DNA from: an uncultured cyanobacterium | GTDB lineage: Bacteria > Cyanobacteriota > Cyanobacteriia > Cyanobacteriales > CAWCAG01 | DNA: 64,000 nucleotides | Assembly (NCBI GenBank): GCA_963803805.1 | Contig: CAWDOD010000002.1 | Coordinates: forward strand, 1,088,001 to 1,152,000 | Reading direction: 5' to 3' | Shown: positions 58,929-64,000 of the stretch, one piece after another | How the letters are laid out: each line of letters opens with the position of its first letter | How positions within the stretch are numbered: position 1 is the first letter of the stretch | Notes under the pieces: generated by a model | Databases searched by the model: none | Told to the model about the DNA's origin: nothing | What the model saw: only the letters and a program-made list of their open reading frames with translations | Translations under genes and position numbers: made by a program

Positions 58929-60455
58929 TTAATTTTCTTCATCTTCGTCCATACTGAAACTTTCCCTACCACCACCAAAATTAGCTTGGGGAGGAATAGC
59001 CGCAACGATCGCATCAATAACTTTAGACACAGGAATAATTTCTAAACCCAGATCCGTGGGATAGGTTTGCCCGTAGGGAACAATGGCGCGGCGAAAACCC
59101 AACTTAGCAGCTTCTTTAAGCCTGAGTTCCATTTGTCCTACTAACCTTACCTGCCCCCCCAAACCCACCTCCCCAATCAAAACTGTGCGAGTATCAACAA
59201 TGCGATCGCGGAAACTAGCAACCACTGCAATAGCTACCCCCAAATCTGCTGCTGGTTCGGCTACTCCTAAACCTCCTGCTGAGGCTACATAGGCATCAAG
59301 TTTAGAAAGGGGAATACCAACTCTTTTTTCCAAAACAGCGAGGATCTGTTGCAAACGACTGTAATCAACCCCTGTAGTAGAACGACGGGGAGAGGCATAA
59401 CTTGTAGGGCTAACCAAAGCTTGTAGTTCCACCATCAAAGAACGGGTTCCTTCACAAGCTACTACCGTAGCTGAACCGGGAGAAGCTTCTTCCCTATTCC
59501 CTAAAAATAACTCCGAAGGATTAGACACCTCTGCTAAGCCATTTTCTACCATCTCAAAGATACCAATCTCATGGGTAGAACCAAAACGATTTTTCACCGA
59601 ACGCAAAAGACGATGAGAAGCATAGCGATCGCCTTCAAAATAGAGTACTGTATCTACCAAGTGTTCCAACACCCTTGGTCCGGCGATCGCCCCTTCTTTG
59701 GTAACATGACCCACAATTAATAAAGTAATATTTTCCCGCTTAGCAACTTGCATCAAAGCCGAAGTACATTCCCGTACCTGTGCCACACTACCAGGAGCAG
59801 AAGTCAGGGAAGCAAAATAAAGAGTTTGAATACTATCAATAACTGCCACTATGGGTTTAAGGGATTCCAGTTCCCTCAAGATTTCTTCTAAATCTGTTTC
59901 TGGTAATACATAAAGGTCAGGTTCTGTATTTTTCCTTTTTGCCCTAGAAGATTTACCATTAGATTGCCCTGGGTTAGGTAGAAATTCTTCACCAGTCCAC
60001 AAACGGGCTGCCCGAAGTTTTACCTGTTGCCCTGACTCTTCTGCTGAAACATAGAGAACACGATGCTTTTTTTGGGCTAATTGATGGGCGGTTTGTAATA
60101 GCAAGGTTGATTTACCAATCCCAGGATCACCGCCAATTAAAACTAAAGAACCTGGTACAACACCTCCCCCTAACACTCGGTTAAATTCTTCGTAACCAGA
60201 ATCAATTCTCTGTTGAACATCAGAAGAAATATCGGAAAACTTTACTGAAGCACGGGGTTGTGCTGCACCTTGGGTTTTGGTATTTTGATGGGTACGAGAC
60301 TGCCATCCTCCTCGACTCACTTGCAAAGAGTCACTAGGGGCAACTAACTGTTCTTCTAGAGTGCCATAGGTTCCACAGCTTGGACATTTACCAAACCATT
60401 GAGCAGAGTCTGCACCGCATTCACTACAAACATAAACCGTTTTAGCTTTGGGCAT
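58929..60455 (-). CDS. radA: DNA repair protein RadA/Sms
   Basis: C4 zinc finger, GDPGIGKST, KNRFG. Confidence 0.97.
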   Translation of the reverse strand: MPKAKTVYVCSECGADSAQWFGKCPSCGTYGTLEEQLVAPSDSLQVSRGGWQSRTHQNTKTQGAAQPRASVKFSDISSDVQQRIDSGYEEFNRVLGGGVVPGSLVLIGGDPGIGKSTLLLQTAHQLAQKKHRVLYVSAEESGQQVKLRAARLWTGEEFLPNPGQSNGKSSRAKRKNTEPDLYVLPETDLEEILRELESLKPIVAVIDSIQTLYFASLTSAPGSVAQVRECTSALMQVAKRENITLLIVGHVTKEGAIAGPRVLEHLVDTVLYFEGDRYASHRLLRSVKNRFGSTHEIGIFEMVENGLAEVSNPSELFLGNREEASPGSATVVACEGTRSLMVELQALVSPTSYASPRRSTTGVDYSRLQQILAVLEKRVGIPLSKLDAYVASAGGLGVAEPAADLGVAIAVVASFRDRIVDTRTVLIGEVGLGGQVRLVGQMELRLKEAAKLGFRRAIVPYGQTYPTDLGLEIIPVSKVIDAIVAAIPPQANFGGGRESFSMDEDEEN

Positions 60456-60684
60456 TTTACGTTTTATTAAAAAATATTAGTAATTGAAAGCAAATCTGCT
60501 TACCAAAGAAATATACAGTCAATCTTAAAAAATCTTTATTTTTAGGCAACCAACTAAGAAATTAAGCTTGAAACCCTACAAGAAAGAGATATTCTATATA
60601 AACTAGGTACTAAAAAACACGCTTGGTACTTAAAAATTAACTTAATGTTTAGTAATCTCTCGCAAGAAAGGAGTATCGAGTTAC

Positions 60685-61413
60685 TTGGAAACCCATAAAG
60701 AAAAAATCCTAGTAGTCGATGACGAGGCTAGTATCAGACGTATCTTAGAAACCCGACTTTCTATGATTGGTTACGATGTCGTTACCGCTGCTGATGGAGA
60801 AGAGGCCCTAGATACTTTCCGTAATGCTGACCCAGACTTAGTTGTTTTGGATGTTATGATGCCTAAGCTTGATGGCTATGGCGTATGTCAGGAGTTACGC
60901 AAAGAATCTGATATACCTATTATTATGCTAACTGCTCTAGGAGATGTTGCAGATAGAATTACTGGTTTAGAGTTGGGGGCAGACGATTATGTTGTTAAGC
61001 CTTTTTCTCCTAAAGAACTAGAAGCAAGAATTCGCTCAGTACTAAGAAGAGTAGAAAAGAATGGTACTCCTGGAATTCCTAGTTCTGGAGTAATTCATGT
61101 TGGTTCAATTAAAATTGATACCAATAAGCGACAAGTCTACAAAGGTGATGAACGCATTCGCTTAACGGGAATGGAGTTCAGTTTGTTGGAATTATTAGTT
61201 AGCCGTTCAGGAGAACCCTTTTCTCGTTCAGAAATTCTCCAAGAAGTTTGGGGTTATACTCCCGAACGTCATGTTGATACTAGAGTTGTTGATGTTCACA
61301 TTTCCCGACTAAGGGCGAAATTAGAAGACGATCCTAGCAATCCAGAATTAATTCTTACCGCTAGGGGAACCGGTTATCTATTTCAAAGAATCTTAGAAGC
61401 CGGGGAAGAATGA
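60685..61413 (+). CDS. rpaB: OmpR-family response regulator RpaB (Ycf27)
   Basis: TTG start; EKILVVDDEASIRRILETRLSMIGY, WGYTPERHVDTRVVDVHISRLR. Confidence 0.95.
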   Translation: METHKEKILVVDDEASIRRILETRLSMIGYDVVTAADGEEALDTFRNADPDLVVLDVMMPKLDGYGVCQELRKESDIPIIMLTALGDVADRITGLELGADDYVVKPFSPKELEARIRSVLRRVEKNGTPGIPSSGVIHVGSIKIDTNKRQVYKGDERIRLTGMEFSLLELLVSRSGEPFSRSEILQEVWGYTPERHVDTRVVDVHISRLRAKLEDDPSNPELILTARGTGYLFQRILEAGEE

Positions 61414-61424
61414 AGAGTAGGGAG

Positions 61425-61484
61425 GTAGGGGCGGGTTCTAGTAAAGTTGTGTAGTTGTAAAAATCTCAATAAACCCGCCCTTAC
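61425..61484 (-). repeat. ~60-bp REP-like dispersed repeat, copy 2
   Basis: GTAGGGGCGGGTT...AACCCGCCCTTAC terminal inverted repeat. Confidence 0.75.
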
Positions 61485-61537
61485 TAAATTATTAGCCATT
61501 GCCTATTGCCTGTAACTGAATAGCAATTAGCAAAGAT

Positions 61538-62521
61538 TTAACTATATAAATCAGCTACATACTTTCCGTAACCGTTATAGAGAAGAGTCTCCTTTTTCTC
61601 CCAACTTAAATTTGGTCCTTTACTAATAAACTTTTCCGTGGCTTGTGACCAACGGGGATGAGGTACTTGTGGTTCAACATTAGCCTCAAAGCCATACTCA
61701 TTAGGGCCAAGGGTATTCCAGTAGGTATCGGGCTGATTTTCCATAAACTCAATTTTGACAATAGATTTAGCTCCTTTAAAACCGTATTTCCAAGGTAAAA
61801 CAGCCCTAATGGGCGCACCATGCTGTTTTGGTAGTAGGTGGCCGTAAATACCGACTGCAAAAAAGGCTAACTCATTAGCCATTTCTTCAATACGCAAACC
61901 TTCATGATAAGGCCAAGGAAGGGAACCAAGATGTAACCCTGGCCCTGTAGTAATTTGAGGATCGTAAAAAGAAGTAAAACGAACAAACTTAGCTTTCGTT
62001 GTAGGGTCAACATCTTTTAGTAAAGCTTTCATCGGAAAACCCAACCAAGGTAAAACCATAGACCAAGCTTCAACACAACGGAAACGGTAAACTCTCTCCT
62101 CTAAAGGAAACTTTTTTTTAAGAGTATCTAGATCATAAGTTTGAGGATTATTAACCAACCCACCAACCTCAACTTGCCAATCTTCGGTAGGCAAATTTTG
62201 CGCTTTAAGCCAAATCCCTTTATCTCCGCCAAACTCATAAAAATTATTATATTTGCCTGCTAAAAGTTCATCAGTAGTTGCCCTATCTACCTTGGCAAAA
62301 TCTTGGTTGGTTTTAACTCCTTGGATTTTTGCTAAATCTAGGGTTTCAGCTAAAGCTTTTTGAGAAGCAGATTGCTGACAACTAGTAAGAGATAGCAAGC
62401 TGCTACCAATACCTGCTCCTACCAAGGTTTTTAGGAAGCGACGGCGGTTAAGATAAGAAGTCTGGTTAGTGACTTCTGCTTCGGGAATTTGCCAAGATTG
62501 GGAGGTGCGAATCAGGGTCAT
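61538..62521 (-). CDS. msrP: Protein-methionine-sulfoxide reductase catalytic subunit
   Basis: Tat motif RRRFLK, YNNFYEFG, RFRCVEAWSM, PWKYGFKG, HPRWSQA. Confidence 0.95.
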   Translation of the reverse strand: MTLIRTSQSWQIPEAEVTNQTSYLNRRRFLKTLVGAGIGSSLLSLTSCQQSASQKALAETLDLAKIQGVKTNQDFAKVDRATTDELLAGKYNNFYEFGGDKGIWLKAQNLPTEDWQVEVGGLVNNPQTYDLDTLKKKFPLEERVYRFRCVEAWSMVLPWLGFPMKALLKDVDPTTKAKFVRFTSFYDPQITTGPGLHLGSLPWPYHEGLRIEEMANELAFFAVGIYGHLLPKQHGAPIRAVLPWKYGFKGAKSIVKIEFMENQPDTYWNTLGPNEYGFEANVEPQVPHPRWSQATEKFISKGPNLSWEKKETLLYNGYGKYVADLYS

Positions 62522-62922
62522 AAATATAGGTTCAATAGGGACAAGTAATATTACTCATCAATAAACTTAGAAAGGTGACTCCTTGAGAGTTCCCGTCTCT
62601 TTCTAAGATATCAAGCTTCATAAAACCTTACAAAATTAGCCCTAACTTTTTACCTTCCTTTGTCCTACTTCATGGGTAAGGCTTGCACCTCTAAAATCCT
62701 TTTAAAAACTAGCTCTACTAAGCTTCAACAAGCAACTACCTCTACCTGACAAGCACTCCTTTTTTGTACGATAAGTTCATGAGCATCAATAAACGAGTTC
62801 GGGAAAAGTTTAGTGTTGATTTCAGCCATAAATCAACTAAGCAATTGCTCACTAGCTGTCAGCCCGAATCTAGAGAACAAATGAATTAACTCTTACCAGC
62901 AACAACCAGGAGAAAGGGGATC

Positions 62923-64000
62923 TTGCCAAGGAGAAAACCACAAACAAAATTAAAGAGCATCTCTAATTCTGTATTGGCAGATTTGCTCCAAGTGTTACCG
63001 AATTGGCGGCAACAGATGTACTTCAAATCTTCTTTAACTGCTCTTTCCCACGCTATGGAAGATTTAGTCTTAGCTAATTCAGAGGAAACTTTAGTAATTG
63101 CTAGTTTCCAAAGGGAGCGTTTTTATCGCCAAGAAGCCAATCGTTACAGGCGCATTGCTGAAAAAAGCACTCAAGTTTATGTATTAGCAGCACCAGAAAC
63201 AGATTTTAAGAATAGCTCAGAACTATACGAAACAGTTGCTTTTGGTACTGAAGATGCTTTGTGCCTAGAATGGCATTTAGTGGCTGTCTCCGGGCAATAT
63301 ACTACTTGCTTAATTTGTCGAGAGAAGTTAGCCCCAGAAGCTGAGACTTCTCGCCCAGAAGGAGATTTTACTAGAGTAGATTCTTCCCGTCGCTTTGAAG
63401 GAGTTTGGACTTTTGATCGTCAAGTAAGCTGCTATGCGGCTGAAATCTTGCTTAAACGTATTAGCGATTATCGCCCGGAGTTAGCAGAAAAAATTGAGCA
63501 AGCCAGGGACATTTATTTGCGGCAAACTTTAGAAACAGCACAAATAGCTGAACTCTTACAACAAGCTTCTCCTTCAGCACATCCTGACCCTTTTGTACAA
63601 AGGTTAGTAACCTATCTTCAAGCTGGACAATACAAACTGCTCAAAGCCTACCGTTCGATTGCTGCCAAGCAAGAAAGAGAGCGTTTGCTTCATTCTATAA
63701 CTGTTGCTATTCGGCGATCGCTTAATCCTGAAGAAATTCTTCAAGTAGCTGTCCGGCAGTTAGGACAAGCATTAGACAGTTGTCGAACCTTAATTTATCG
63801 TTGTCAAGAAAGTGATGAGACAGCAACTTTAAACCACGAATTTTTAGCTTCTCAAATCGAGTCTTTACAAGGAAGACAATGGCCCCTCAAAAATAACCCT
63901 CTTCTCCAACAAGCCATTAAACAGAAAGAATCTCTCCAATTTGAAAATGTTCTCCAAAACCCCCACATTACCGAAGAACCTCTTCAGAGTTTGGTAAAAA
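62923..64000 (+). CDS. DICT sensory domain and GAF protein (probably a histidine kinase), 3' end beyond the window
   Basis: Not in the ORF track. YFKSSLTALSHAMED, ASFQRERFYRQEA, EWHLV (DICT); IRRSLNPEEILQVAV (GAF). Start uncertain; first in-frame candidate is TTG at 62923. Confidence 0.85.
   Translation, partial: MPRRKPQTKLKSISNSVLADLLQVLPNWRQQMYFKSSLTALSHAMEDLVLANSEETLVIASFQRERFYRQEANRYRRIAEKSTQVYVLAAPETDFKNSSELYETVAFGTEDALCLEWHLVAVSGQYTTCLICREKLAPEAETSRPEGDFTRVDSSRRFEGVWTFDRQVSCYAAEILLKRISDYRPELAEKIEQARDIYLRQTLETAQIAELLQQASPSAHPDPFVQRLVTYLQAGQYKLLKAYRSIAAKQERERLLHSITVAIRRSLNPEEILQVAVRQLGQALDSCRTLIYRCQESDETATLNHEFLASQIESLQGRQWPLKNNPLLQQAIKQKESLQFENVLQNPHITEEPLQSLVK

Noticed and set aside
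61538-62521. msrP without msrQ
   Set aside because: Absence cannot be judged from one window.

Overview
64-kb window of a cyanobacterial chromosome, identified by the very frequent HIP1 octamer GCGATCGC, intergenic heptamer tandem repeats and genes such as acsF, ycf54, cpcT, rpaB and sucrose synthase. It is mostly core/housekeeping DNA: ftsQ-ftsZ, a ThrC-like enzyme with a MoaD/CysO-like sulfur carrier, acsF, cpcT, lipA, two-component proteins, a DUF39 protein, an FHA-GAF adenylate cyclase, an amidase, susA, an M32 carboxypeptidase, a NurA-domain protein, ilvN, infC, an NTT-like HEAT transporter with a cNMP-binding partner, bciB, a TpsB transporter, a Prx-Grx hybrid, radA, rpaB, msrP and a partial DICT-GAF protein. 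I saw no rRNA, tRNA, CRISPR array or intact transposase. The signals most worth following up are small-scale. (1) A near-perfect IscR/Rrf2-type operator abuts the promoter of the ThrC-like/sulfur-carrier pair, suggesting a sulfur-regulated, carrier-dependent homocysteine or cysteine route; a DUF39 protein elsewhere in the window appears to lack the catalytic Cys. (2) Several 21-24-nt double-hairpin micro-elements are inserted in frame into HIP1 sites inside genes. (3) 5'-only relics of PD-(D/E)XK genes are present, one fused exactly at a HIP1 site. (4) An NtcA box precedes a cytoplasmic UrtA/AmiC-GAF-histidine kinase. (5) An unannotated 35-aa protein has an upstream CRP box. (6) There is a 40-bp spacerless palindrome, a candidate structured ncRNA, a possible non-AUG start for infC, and a 174-bp duplication-flanked segment splitting the start of the DICT gene. 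All family assignments come from motif recognition by eye; no searches were run.
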